From positions 62,806,001 through 62,870,000 of the forward strand of contig NC_043007.1 in the NCBI RefSeq assembly GCF_006345805.1: 64,000 bases of DNA. The letters run 5' to 3'. Positions 1 through 12,980 of the stretch are shown one piece after another; position 1 is the first letter of the stretch; every line of letters begins with the position of its first letter. A program made the position numbers and the translations under genes. Source of the stretch: Octopus sinensis (taxonomy: Eukaryota). A model generated the notes under the pieces. It made no database searches. It saw only the letters and a program-made list of their open reading frames with translations, and was not told where the DNA came from.

Positions 1-65
1 TTAGATACATTAAATATATTAAATGTGTGTATATATAGCTCAATGAATGTATATGTTTATATATA

Positions 66-1290
66 TGTTTGTATGTAGTCCAGTGGCTAAAGTTTAGGTT
101 GTCAGTTGTGTAGATTCTTCATGATAAGTAGCAGAATGAGTTTTGTGTCTGAATAGTTATTTGTGTATGCACTCTGTTAAAGTTTGTTACGTCTTGGTTT
201 GTAGTTTTGTATGAGAGTATATTTTTGTTTATCCGTACTTCATCTGTGGTATTCACTGAACATAGGTAGAATGGGAACACCTGGAATTTGGGGGACTTAT
301 TTTTTGCCCGTATGTCTATGTGTCCACTCAGTAGAATCTGTCTAGTACTGGAGTTTTTTATTTGTTGTTGGTTATTGGTTAGTCTATTTCTCAGAGTAAG
401 CTTTGTTTGACCTATGTGCTCTTTATTACATCTTTGACTTTTGAAGGCGTATATTAAATTCCTTGGAGAATATGTAAAGTGATTTTTTATGGCAAAAATC
501 TGTCCTGATTTGAATTTGTATGTTGTGTCTTCAATAAATTGATTCAGGTGCCACAATTGGGGTGGCTACACTTTTAGACTGTTGGTGTAGGAATTGCAGA
601 AGGTAATTTAGCACCTGTAAGGACATTTTTGAGGGACTTTAATTGTTTTTTACTTTTGATTATTTTGTGTATTGTGAATGCTTGTTTTAGTAGCAGGATG
701 TTCTGGTGGATAATATTGTAAACCTCTATGTTTCTTGGGTTGTGTGTTGTAATAAAGTGTAGAGTACTGGATGTATCTTGAGTGTTTTTCGTTTATCGTA
801 GTTCTTCAATATTTATTGCTTTGGCACGTTCTATTCCATTGTCTATTAACGTTAATGGATATTATCTTTTAAGTATTATTTGCTTTAGTTCCTGGAGTCT
901 TTTAATGTGAGTTTCAGGGTTTGAGACAATTGTGCAGATTCTTCTTGCTAGATTAAAGGAGATATTATTCCTTGTGTGTTTGGGATGGCATAAAGAGAAC
1001 AGTAAATGTTGTTTAAAATCTGCTTGTTTGTATCAAATATCTGTTTCAATCTTTTTATCTCTATTGTTGATTAGTATATCTAGGAATGGTAGTTGAGTTT
1101 TTCTGTATTCCATGGTAAAGTTAATATTATTTTTTATGCTGTTGATTAGATTTTTGAAATCTATAAGTTGTTCAAATGTGTGCATCCATAAGATTAGACA
1201 GTCATCTAAATAATGTTTCCAGTTTTCTAGTAGCTATTTGTGGAAGTTCAAGCCATATATTAATTTAGATTGTTCATTTATATGCACCTC
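66..1290 (-). mobile_element. Penelope-like element, 5'-truncated and degenerate: RT C-terminal half plus GIY-YIG endonuclease
   Basis: Minus strand reads WKHYLDDCLILW (~1225-1186), FLDILI, HPKHTRNNISFNLARRICTIVS, then NLIYAFKSQRCNKEHIGQTKLTLRNRL (GIY-YIG; ORF 119-556). Stops and frameshifts present. Confidence 0.9.
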
Positions 1291-2300
1291 CATGTATGCC
1301 TCAAATCAGAACAGATTTTTACCATAAAAAATCACTTTACATGTTCATTAAGGAATTTAATATATGCTATCAAATGTCAAGGATGTAATGAAGCTCACAT
1401 ACATCAAACAAAGCTTACTCTATGAAATAGACTGACCATTCACCAACAACAAATATGAGACCCCAGTACCAGGCAGATTTCACTGAGTGGACACATAGAC
1501 ATATGTGCAAAAAATAAGTCCCCCAAATTCCAGGTGTTCCCACTCTACCTATGTTCAGCGAATACCACAATTGAAGCATGGATAAACAAAGAAAATACTT
1601 TCATACAAAACTACAAACCAAGGCTTAACAAACTTTAACAGAGTACATACACAAATAACTATTCACACACAAAACTCATTCTGCCACTTATCATGAAGAA
1701 TCTACACAACTGACAACCTAAACTTTAGCCACTGGACTACATACAAACAACTCCTGTCCACTCTCACACCAGACAGATTAAATTTCGAGTGCCTTGAGAA
1801 TAACTAGACATGTTCACTCACCTGTGTCAGCCTTCTTTTTAGGCACAAAATATACTGTTATGTGACACTAATGCACGGATGTAGCAGGGAATGTACAAAA
1901 GGTTATAAACTTAATCATTTGTTCATTCTCTACAAACACTTGACTGAAAACATTCAGAGCATTGATTTCTTTGGACATGTTCATTCAACCGTGTCAGCCT
2001 TAACTTATGACACTAAACATTGTCACTTGATACTAACACACGGATGTAGTGGGGAACCTACAAAGATTTTCTAAGACCAGTCATGGGACTATCTTCTGCC
2101 AATTAAATCTTATTCAAAACATATACTAATGAGCCATGGACCCCCTATAAAAATTGGGTAAGCTTCAAACACTAGTCAGAAGCAAGACAGCTGCGACATA
2201 AGCCACATCTTTCTATTTGAACTTTTTGAAAATCAGTGTAAACTGTGAAACTGGTTAAAGCTTTAAATATATTAACAAAAAGTATTTTAATTATTCTCAG
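1291..2300 (+). mobile_element. Inverted pseudo-LTR of the Penelope element (GIY-YIG end plus 3' region)
   Basis: ~1310-1749 is a diverged reverse complement of ~66-480 (e.g. gaagaatctacacaactgacaacctaaactttagccactggact). The right boundary is approximate. Confidence 0.8.
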
Positions 2301-2373
2301 TGCATTTTCATCTTCTATTTTTCCTATATGTATGTATGATTTGCCTAATAGTGGTTTGATCTCTAATTTAATT

Positions 2374-2414
<41 letters not shown>

Positions 2415-2878
2415 GAAAGTTTACGAAAATAAACAAAAGACGAAGGCAGGTGGTGTACAAACAAACAAATGTATTAGTATAGTGCTCAGGAATAGAAAAA
2501 GTCTTTTATGTTTCGAGCCTACACTCTTTGGCAGAAAGATACCCAGAAAAAAACTTGTATGTGTAACGTAATAGTTTAGAAAAAAATCATTGGTTTCATA
2601 TCTAGCTTGATAATGGTTCTCTGCAAAGAATGTTTTTTAAACACAAGAACGCTAGTGATAGTTCAATAAATATTCCTCTTAAAAAATTATGGCCAGGCAA
2701 GTTGTCTTCCTTCGCTTGGTATCTAGAATAAAAAGTTTTGAATGGTACAACAATGCACTATAATACAGACAATGGGCTATGTACCTGTTGTAATTTAGTC
2801 ATCTATAGTCTGATATGATATTTCGGAATAATATTCCTTCTTCAGATATTCTTAGATGGAAGCAGCGAGTCCATCTAA

Positions 2879-3608
2879 TTAGTTCAATTCCCGATAGTGC
2901 ATTGTGTCCTTGAGCAAGACAATTTATTTCACATTCCTCCAGTTCATCCAGCTGGCAAAAATGAGTAGTACTTGTATTTCAAAGGGCCAGCCTTGTCACA
3001 CTTTGTGTTACACAGAATCTTCCTGAGAACTACTTTAAGGGTATGCATGTTTGTGGAATGCTCAGCCACTTGCATGTTAATTTCAGGAGCAGGCTGTTCT
3101 GTTGATTGAATCAACTGGAACAGTCATCAGCGTAACCAACAGAGGGCCCTGATGATAACAAGGTACAGTTCATTGATGGGAGTTTTTCAGGAAAGTTCTG
3201 TAACTGACAGAATGCTTTGTTTAGAGATTGATCTCTCCCTCTCTAGCCTACACTCTACAACCCTACATTTCTCTTTCCTTCAATAACTCTCAGGATCCTT
3301 ACCACCCTCACCTAATTCCTCTCTTTCCATTTTCCTCACACCTTCCACTCATAATTACCTTCCACCTGCACAACTGTCTTATCACCTTATAACTTTTTTC
3401 CCTCTCTTTCTCACTAAATCCTTTCTCTTCCCTCTATCCATTTCATACTCCTTCATGCACATCCCACCCCAATAGTGTCCAGTTTGTTATTCTCTTCACT
3501 ACCACTCTCTTAGAGATATAAATATGTCCCACTCAACACCTTGCCTAAAGGTGTTGGTAGTGGTAGTGGTGGCTGTGGCAGTCATGGTGATGATGATAAA
3601 CACACATG
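2879..3608 (+). repeat. Copy 1 of a ~720-bp composite direct duplication (SINE body plus unrelated pyrimidine-rich flank)
   Basis: Near-identical to 8262-8998 over its whole length. Confidence 0.9.
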
Positions 3609-3625
3609 CACATGCATGCACGCAC

Positions 3626-3680
<55 letters not shown>

Positions 3681-4274
3681 CACGCGCAAAATAAGGTAAT
3701 TTATCTATTTTCTTGCAAGAATGCAAATTAATCAATTTGTTAACTTTCACATTCAGAAGTATCCATCTATAACTGACCATTACCATTCACTTCAGGGAAA
3801 TGAGGAATAGGAATTATGATGCTCAAGGGTTTCTCAAGGGAAATAAGTGAAATAGCTGATGCAATTGGGAACTGAGTTCAGATTGAAATCTCAGTTCATC
3901 AGACATATTCTACACTCACATATGCTTACATATACAAACATTCTCACAAACATATAAAGAACATGCATATAATGTGGGTAGGGTAAAACTCAAGCTGTGT
4001 CCTCTTGAAGCCCATCTACTTACTCTAGTATTACAATCCAGTACATATTTACTTTCATTGTATTGATGTGAGTTACATATTCATCATCATCATCATCAGA
4101 GTTGAAAATTCTGGAAATATTGTTTGCAGAGTTATTATATAACAAGACAGGAAGTTGGAAGATGTCTTGCTATTATTTATGCACCATTACATATGTTTCA
4201 TTTGTTACTAGGAACATATGCATATATAGACCCCCCAAATACACATAAGCATATCAATATATAGCCCCATACAG

Positions 4275-4510
4275 TGTGGCAAGCTGGCAGAATCATTAGC
4301 ACACTAGGTGAAATGCTTAGCAGTATTTCATCTGCCGTTATGTTCTGAGTTCAAATTCTGCCAAGGTCGACATTGCCTTTTATTCTTTTGGGGGTCTATT
4401 AAATATAAGTACCAGTTATGCACTGGGGTCGATGTAATTTACTTAATCCCTTTGTCTGTCCTTGTTTATCCCCTTTATACTTAGTTCCTTGTTGGCAATA
4501 AAGAAATAAA
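4275..4510 (+). mobile_element. tRNA-derived SINE with Meta/MESC-like core
   Basis: Head ggcaagctggcagaatc, B-box-like gagttcaaattc, core gccttt.att.cttt.gggg.tc.at.aa...aagtaccag, tail aataaagaaata. Same family at 12045, 18262, 32057 and 59280. Confidence 0.8.
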
Positions 4511-6435
4511 TACATAGACCCATACATCTACAAACATATAAAAGGGTAAAGACCCCTTTTAGTTATGAATTACCATGGGATTGCACATAGAAAGTTACCC
4601 TCTGAAGCACAATTCCAGGCTAGGTTGTTTATGGAAGATCAGCAGTTACCCATGCATACTAGCCTCCCCTCTTCACACCATCACTGTTATCCAAGGGAAA
4701 GGTAAAACAGTTACAAAAATATAAATAACATAATATATAAATATAAATATATAGATTATGTAGAAATATATGAAGCTGTATATACACATAATGTAACACA
4801 TAACATTTGAATATATATGATCCATATATTCACTGGTCTGTAAGCATGTACATGATACACAAATATATATGGCCCATACAGACAAAAAAAATATATAGAT
4901 AACAGAAGCATATAAATCTAAATCTGTAGGATAACATACAGATGTATGAACCCATACATGAAAACAACATACATAACACTTGAATATAAAAGATACATAC
5001 ATTCCCAAGCATATAACACACACACACACACACGACCCACACATACATATCTTCAGACAATGGTAAGCAAAAATAGAAAGAACAATTGCATCTTATTCTC
5101 TCCAAGTCATTTTTTGCTTTTTGTTTGTTTTTAAGCATTTGTTGCTCTATGTTTGGAGCTCCATTAAAGTGCAAAAGAATGGTTAATTCATTGAGATTAT
5201 CTCCAACACTATAACTGTTAACACAAACTTTAGTTTTTATTTATTCACTTACTACTTTTTTGTTATAAGATTTCTATTTTTATAGCTACCACATGAAGGC
5301 TATTTAATACTAGTTTTGTCGACTATATCTGTGTACTCATACACATTCATATATGAATGTTTAGATTATATGCATATATTTACACTATAATTTTTAAGCG
5401 CATATTTTTTATGTCAGCCTTCCTCTTTCACCTCCACAATGTTTTAATAGGTTCAATGTTCCTACAAATTTTAATATTTGCATGAATTTTTACAATGACA
5501 TTATTTTCATTTTTCCTAATAACTTACATTGAAACAAGCTAGGGGTAAGATCTTCTTTTTTTCAACAGATTTATTTGAATAGAAATGTGCCCAGGTAGTT
5601 TGAAGGGTACAATATTATGCTAGCATGTAACAAGGTTTGGTTATGGTGTCTACATGTATGCAAGTTCAACTTATTGCTAATTCTCTGTCAATTTTACCTT
5701 TCATCCTTTTGGGCTCGATAAAATAAATACCAGTTACACACTAGTGGTGGTGGTGGGGGCATGTGATCAACTTACCTCCTCTCCTCCTTGTGCTAAAATT
5801 TGAAACCAATATTAACAAACAGCATTGCATGCAAGCATAGTTGTGTGATTAAGAAGCTTGCTTCAACCACATGGTTTCAGGTTCGGTTCCACAGCATGGT
5901 ACTTTAGGTATCTTCAACCAAAGTCTTGTCAATGGATTTGTGAGATAAAAGCTGAAAGAACATCATCCTATATATGTGTGTGTGTGTGTGTGTAAGAGGG
6001 GAACTTCATCTTGTTTGTCTCTATTGCAGGTGAGAATATCATAGTTGTTGACTGCTTCTTTCACCTCAGCAATGTGGTCCATAGTAGCATTAGTTGCAAG
6101 TCCCAAGTCTTAAAAAGAGTTGGACGTGCTGGTACAGTTGTGGACTCCTTGGACAAGGGTGTTTAATGTTGCCAATATCTGAGCAAAAGGGCAATGGTTT
6201 AAGTCTTCAAGTCTCTAGACCTCTCTGCCTTGCTCTATAGTCACATGACTTGGACGCTGTTTCAGGCCCTTAGACGCTACCTGAACTCCTTTGGCACCAG
6301 GATGCTTAGCAGGATTATGGGTTACCATAGGTCAGATTTTGTATTCAATCAACGATTATAGTTACTTGTATGATTCAGGAGCATCAGCTTAGATTGGTCA
6401 CGTTGTTTGATTTTTCCAAGTTAGATACTGTTACG

Positions 6436-7057
6436 GATTACAGGTAAGTTCACCACCATCAATTCACTGTGAAGAAAGTTCACCACGAGGAAAATTTACT
6501 GAGAAAATATATCCATAGGCGCAGGAGTGGCTGTGTGGTAAGTAGCTTGCTAACCAACCACATGGTTCCGGGTTCAGTCCCACTGCGTGGCATCTTGGGC
6601 AAGTGTCTTCTGCTATAGCCCTGGGCCGACCAATGCCTTGTGAGTGGATTTGGTAGACGGAAACTGAAAGAAGCCTGTCGTATATATGTGTATATATATA
6701 CATATATGTATGTGTGTGTTTGTGTTTGTCCCCTTAGCATTGCTTGACAACCGATGCTGGTGTATTTACGTCCCCGTCACTTAGCGGTTCGGCAAAAGAG
6801 ACCGATAGAATAAGTACTGGGCTCACAAAGAATAAGTCCTGGGGTCAATTTGCTCGACTAAAGGTGGTGCTCCAGCATGACTGCAGTCAAATGACTGAAA
6901 CAAGTAAAAGAGTATAGTATCTCACCATTAGTAGTTAGAAACTAGTTTATTGAAAAAAAAATGATGAATTGTTGACGATGAACTTTCCCTGCAGTGAATT
7001 GATGATAGTGAACTTTCCCTGTGGATAATTGATGATGGTGAACTTACAGGACATGCT
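6436..7057. mobile_element. MITE-like element with terminal inverted repeats and ~30-bp subterminal repeats, interrupted by a SINE
   Basis: Left gtaagttcaccaccatcaatt (6444) mirrors right aattgatgatggtgaacttac (~7027-7047). The gatgatrgtgaactttccct unit is repeated at the right end. Confidence 0.55.
6517..6912 (+). mobile_element. Full-length tRNA-derived SINE with LINE-derived 3' tail
   Basis: A box tggctgtgtgg, B box ggttcagtccc, CORE-like tcttgggcaagtg, internal (TA/TG)n, tail gtgctccagcatgactgcagtcaaatgactgaaacaagtaaaag. Confidence 0.85.
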
Positions 7058-8261
7058 TGTTATGTGTTCTCTTTTCTGAGGATCTGGTTGGGGTAACAGC
7101 TCATGTTGGCTGGCCATATGTCACATGGTCATGGCAGATGAGGAAGTATCTTGCGGAAATGGGGGTTGACAATGCTTGGAGGGTTGTCCAGGATGACCCA
7201 AGCAAATACCAACAAATGGTGGGTGTAGTAATGCACTACAACAATGCAAGCCCCCATACCTGACCTGATCTGTGTGTATGTGGTATGTGTGTCTTTCCTC
7301 ATCTTGACATTGCATGATGGTTGTAAACAAGTGATGTCATTTATCTTATTACCAATCTTCTGTGGAAAACAAACCTAACCATGGGGAAATAGCTTGCTTG
7401 CAAATAGGTGAAGGTCAGGAAGAAGATGAAGGGCATCCAGCCATAGAAAATCTTCATCATCATCATCATCACCATCATTTAACGTCTGTTGTCCATACTG
7501 GCATAGGTTGGATAATTTAACTGGGCTGGCAAGCTGGAAGGCTGCACCAGACTCCAATCTGATTTGGCATGGTTTCTATGGCTAGATGCCCTTCCTAATG
7601 CCAACCACCCCAAGAGTGTAATAGGTGCTTTTACATGCCACCAGCATGGGTGCCATTTGAGTGACACTGGTATCTGCCACAACTGTCATTTTACTCAGCT
7701 TGATGAGTCTTCCTCAGCAAATTCAAATTGATGGAAAAGCAAACTTTAAAATGATGATGATGATGATGATACACTGTCCTTATTTCTTAAGTATTGAAAA
7801 TAGTTTATGCAAGCTTTTAGCTGCTGGATATAAATTTCTTTTGCCTGCTTGTAACTAACTTTTTCTCTTAATTTATGTTGGCAGATCAGAAGTTCAGCTT
7901 TCTCCATTATCATGTCTGAGATATAACAGATGACAGATCAATGTTTCCCATCAGACCAGTCATATTTGGCCATCATCAATATTATTATACATTACATGAC
8001 TTGATGTATAATATTGATTTACAACTTTTGCTGGGAACAAATGTAGTTAAACAGTTCAGTACATTACTGGTACATATTTTATCAACCCTGGAGAAATGAA
8101 AGGTAAAATATTTTCAGGAGGAATTAAATTCAGAGTTAAACTTTTCAATACTAAACCACCTGAAACTACCCCTAGTTCTATGATACAAACATCATATTTT
8201 CAAATGATCATGAAGACAAGTGGCTTAGTGGTTAAGGTATTTAGATCACAATCATAAGGTT

Positions 8262-8998
8262 ATGAGTTTGATTCCCCGGCAGCACATTGTGTCCTTGAGC
8301 GAGACACTTTATTTCACATTCCTCCAGTTCATCCAGCTGGCAAAAATGAGTAGTACTTATATTTCAAAGGGCCAGCCTTGTCACACTCTGTGTTACACAG
8401 AATCTTCCTGAGAACTACTTTAAGGGTATGCATATTTGTGGAATGCTCAGCCACTTGCATGTTGATTTCAGGAGCAGGCTGTTCTGTTGATTGAATCAAC
8501 TGGAACAGTCATCAGCGTAACCAACAGAGGGCCCTGATGATAACAAGGTACAGTTCATTGATGGGAGTTTTTCAGGAAAGTTCTGTAACTGACAGAATGC
8601 TTTGTTTAGAGATTGATCTCTCCCTCTCTAGCCTACACTCTACAACCCTACATTTCTCTTTCCTTCAATAACTCTTAGGATCCTTACCACCCTCACCTAA
8701 TTCCTCTCTGTCCATTTTCCTCACACCTTCCACTCATATTTACCTTTATACTCATAATTACCTTCCACCTACACAACTGTCTTATCACCTTATAACTTTT
8801 TCCCTCTCTTTCTCACTAAATCCTTTCTCTTCCCTCTATCCATTTCATACTCCTTTGTGCACACCCCACCCCAATAGTGTCCAGTTTGTTATTCTCTTCA
8901 CTACCATTCTCTTAGAGATATAAATATGCTCCACTCAACACCTTGCCTAAAGGTGGTGGTAGTGGTAGTCATGGTGATGATGATACACACACACATGT
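8262..8998 (+). repeat. Copy 2 of the ~720-bp composite direct duplication
   Basis: Near-identical to 2879-3608, with an extra ~17 bp near 8737-8753 and a shorter (GGT)n tract. Confidence 0.9.
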
Positions 8999-9567
8999 TA
9001 AAGATTTGTACTCTCCGTTTTTCTCCATGGATTACCAAGAGAAATATTTGAAGAAAGTAAAAAATGAAGAAATTGAGAAAATTAAAGGATTGAGAACATG
9101 TTTTTTGGGTGAAATCCTAATCTCCTGTATTGAAAACATAGGAATCAGAAGAAATTTAGCAAAAAAATGGGTGGAGGGATATTACCTTGGAGAACTTCCT
9201 TTTAAATTCATATCGAAGATCAGGTTTTTAAATACACTCATCACAAACAGGAATTACAGAATAGAAAAAGGTGATTTCAATTGGATTTTAGCTGTAATTT
9301 TGCATGTGTACATAGCAAAAACTAACATAATTCATATAGAAGTTTTAGGTAGAGTGTGGGTGTGTATGTCAAAGGAAGTTATTTTATGGCATTCTTTCAT
9401 TTGAAGCAGGTAAGTTGTCAACTTAATCATATGGAATATGATTGTTTGTTAATTTCCATAAAATACTTTTTTATTTCTTTGTGCTTTGAAGTGAGCAGAA
9501 AGTGAAAGAGAGGAGAATGTGAAAGATGTATGTGTATATGAAATGGATGTGTGTGTGTGTGTGTGTG

Positions 9568-9635
<68 letters not shown>

Positions 9636-10973
9636 TGAGTGAAGGTGTGTGTTGACATGTATGTGTAAGTGCCACTTACTCGCTCTCTCACACACATTAT
9701 CTTTCATATACATGTACATAAATACAAATGCATACATCTTTTTTGTATGTATGTGTGAATGTGCATGTGAAAGAGAAAGTGAGTGATTGTATTTCCTCAT
9801 AACATTTAGAAAAATGGATGTCTTTTAAGGTACACACTCATATAGAAAACATGACATCATCGTCATGGTATAAAATGTTGTTTAGGGTAGTTGAATTACA
9901 GACAGATTATAATGTCAAATTTTTGTAATGCAAATATGTAAATGAAAATAAAGTTTATTTGTTAACTGACAGATTACTGAATCTTTTGATACCCCATATG
10001 TCAAAATTGGCAACTCAGTTTTTAAATGTATTCATTAATTTCCATAAAAATTTTCTATTTCTTTATGCTTTGAAGAGAGAAGAAATTGAAAGAGAAGAGA
10101 AAGTGAAACCGTGACATTTGCTTTGAAGTGAGAGCAGAAAATGAGAGGAGAAAGTGAAAGATGTATGTACCTGTATATGAAATGGACGTGTATGTGCGTG
10201 AGAGAGTGAAGGTGTATGTTGTCATGTATGTGTGAGTGGCACCCACTTGGTCTCTCTCTCTCTCTGGCTCACACACATACATCTTTCATATACACATACA
10301 TATGCATACATCTTTTTTGTATTATGTGTGCATGTGTGAGAGAGAGAGAGAGAGAGAGCGAGTGATTGTATTTTATCATAACATACAGAGAAATAAATGT
10401 CTTTTAAGGTACACACTCATGTAGAAAATGTGACATCGTCATTGTTGTCACTGCGGTATAAAATGCTTATGATAGTTGACTTATAGAAAAGATTATAATG
10501 TAAAATTTTTGTAATAAAAATAAAGTTTATTTGTAAGATTTATTTTGTAAGATTACTGAATGTTTTGATACCCCATACATCAAAATTGGCAACTCAGTTT
10601 TCAAATGCATAAGGAAGATATGCATATACGCACACTCACACATACAAACTCTCTTTTGTATATATGGAAATGTCCCTGTCTGTCTCTCACATTCCCTGTG
10701 TGTGTCTATCTCTTCCTGTCTCCTTCCCTTACCTGATATCAGCCACTCTCATTATGCCACATTTCCCTAAACCTAACACTTTTGCGCCTCTCTCATTTTA
10801 TCATGTAATAACCCAATCTCCATAGTCAGTTCATTATCAATTTTTATTGAAATCCAATTAGCCTATGATTGAATTGGATGTTAGTTCAACATGTATACAA
10901 AGTTTGGTGAAGATTGGTTCCCTGGTTTGAGCAGCAAGATGATAACAGACAGAAAGAAATTGCCATTTATATA

Positions 10974-10980
<7 letters not shown>
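8999..10980 (+). mobile_element. Possible non-autonomous Helitron/Helentron-like element containing a ~580-bp tandem duplication
   Basis: The end aagtttggtgaagattgg...gataacagacagaaag...tttatataatgtata resembles non-autonomous rolling-circle element ends. 9451-10030 and 10037-10610 are diverged tandem copies. Family assignment is inference. Confidence 0.4.
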
Positions 10981-11025
<45 letters not shown>

Positions 11026-11310
11026 TGAATAAAAAATGGAGTTAACGCAGGTGTAAACAAATATTTTTACTTTCGACACATGTTTCGAAAATCCCACTGA
11101 TACTATTCAAAAGAATAAATGGTATAAACAATGCAATCTTCTCTTCGGGAAAGTGAAAAAAACAAAACTCGTCAATACGACATTTTACTTGTGAGATTTT
11201 TGCTGCCCTGGTAACTATTTATTTATTTTTCCGTGTTAATTGTTAACAAGGTAAAAATACACTCATCTATTTATATAAATATATATATATATATATTCAA
11301 ATACGTATAT

Positions 11311-11593
11311 ATTAGGTCATCAAGTATGAAATTTGTAGAAAAGAAAAAAAGTTTGCTAATGTTTTATAAATACAAGGAAGTTTTATTCATCAAAGTACGC
11401 ACCCATATCGTCAATACACTTTTGCCATTTCAGCGATAGCTTATCCTGCCTGGAACTGTAAAAGCCTGGCAATCTTGAATCAATAAAATCTTGGAAGGCT
11501 TGTTTTACAGCATTGTCAGAATTAAATTTTTTTCCTATCAAAAAGTTATCCAAATTCTGGAAGAAGTGGTAGCCAGTGGGGGCAAGATCAGGT
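11311..11593 (-). mobile_element. Mariner transposase C-terminal fragment with terminal inverted repeat
   Basis: PDLAPTGYHFF...KWQKCIDDMGAYFDE* matches the mariner YSPDLAPSD..WQKC...G.YF end. TA followed by TIR-like ttaggtcatcaagtatgaaat at ~11311. Confidence 0.9.
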
Positions 11594-12044
11594 GTGCGTA
11601 TGTGTGTGGTGGGGGCAGTACATGTGTATGAGAGAGAAAAACAGAGGCAGAGAGAGACTTTCACATTTGGATAATTTGAAAAGTCAAAAAATCATCTGAA
11701 TAATTCTATCATAGGTTGAATGCATTTGCTTCCTCTTCCGTTGGTTCAGTGAAGTCCAGTGCCACCATGCCTTTCTCTACAACAGATCACCCACCCAAAA
11801 CTCAATACGACCCAGTTTTAACACTACCACCTGATCAATGGGTATATTTAGTAGAATCCACTTTAAGTATTCAAACATCATCCCTGGTTCCTACTCTACC
11901 CACATTTTCAGTAGACATTAACCTGGAGAGGATCATCCACAACAATGAGTCAAGGAGAATCCTGGTCCTCTTCTCCTGATTATACTCTATACATCTTTAC
12001 TGCCTCACATTCGATGATTCTACGTACAATACATATAAATGTTA

Positions 12045-12980
12045 AGGTGGCAAGCTGGCAGGAATGTTAGTACACTAGGTGAAGTGATTAGTGGGATTTC
12101 ATCTGTCTTTACATCCTGAGTTCAAATTCCACCGAGATTGACTTTGCCTTTCATTCTTTCAGGGTTGATAAATTAAGGACCAGTTGCATACTGGGGGTCG
12201 ATCTAATTGATTAGCTCCCTTCCCAATATGTTAGATATCTAACTTTCTATATAATGGTATGACTGGTGTGTAATTGATCAGTGAAGTATTATAAAATATT
12301 TGGGTTTCATGCTTCAGGATTTTACAGGCATGAATATGAGTAGGTATGGCTGTGTGATGAAGTTTGCTTCCCAGCTACATGGTTTCTGGTTCAGTCCCAG
12401 TGCTTGGCACCTTGGGCTTCTACAACAATTCTAGGCTGACTAAATCCTTGAGAGTGTATTTGTGCATTTAGTAAATGGAATCCGACAGAAACTCATATGT
12501 GTGTGTGTGTGTGTGTTTGTGCATGTATGCCTCTTTGTTATGGTATAGTGTGATAGTTGTAAATAAGTGCCGCTATCATTCAAGTGGTGTCCATTTCTTA
12601 TCATGCATAAAAAAATACCTGACCATGGGGAAATATCAGCTTGGTCGAAAACAGGTGAGAGTTGGTGATAAGAAGGGCATCTGGCTACAGAAAATTTGTT
12701 TTAACAAATTCTGCCTAACTTATACAAGCATGGAAAAGTGAACATTGCACAAGTCCAGGTAAGGTTGTTTATGGAAGACCAGCAGTTGCCCATGCTTACC
12801 AGCCTCTCCTTTCCATGCCAGCAATGTTATCCAAGGGAAAGGCAATGGCTGATACTGCTTGGCACCAGTGATGTTACAACTCATTTCTACAGATGAGTGA
12901 ACCAGAGCAACATAAAATAAAGTGTCATGCTCAAGAACACAACACACAGCCTGAGCCAGGAACTCGATGCTTTAACCATT
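12045..12980 (+). mobile_element. Cluster of decayed tRNA-derived SINEs
   Basis: Meta/MESC-type copy at 12045-12225, second-family head ggctgtgtgatg..ggttcagtccc at ~12345, and a reverse-oriented SINE piece at ~12750-12990. Confidence 0.7.

Noticed and set aside
6517-6590. tRNA-like A and B boxes
   Set aside because: No cloverleaf; this is the head of a multi-copy SINE.
2879-8998. Direct repeats as LTRs of a 6-kb retrotransposon
   Set aside because: No gag/pol, PBS or TG..CA termini, and the repeat begins inside a SINE.
8943-9404. 153-aa plus-strand ORF
   Set aside because: It starts in a duplicated simple repeat, has no recognisable domain or splice support, and lies in a probable non-autonomous element.
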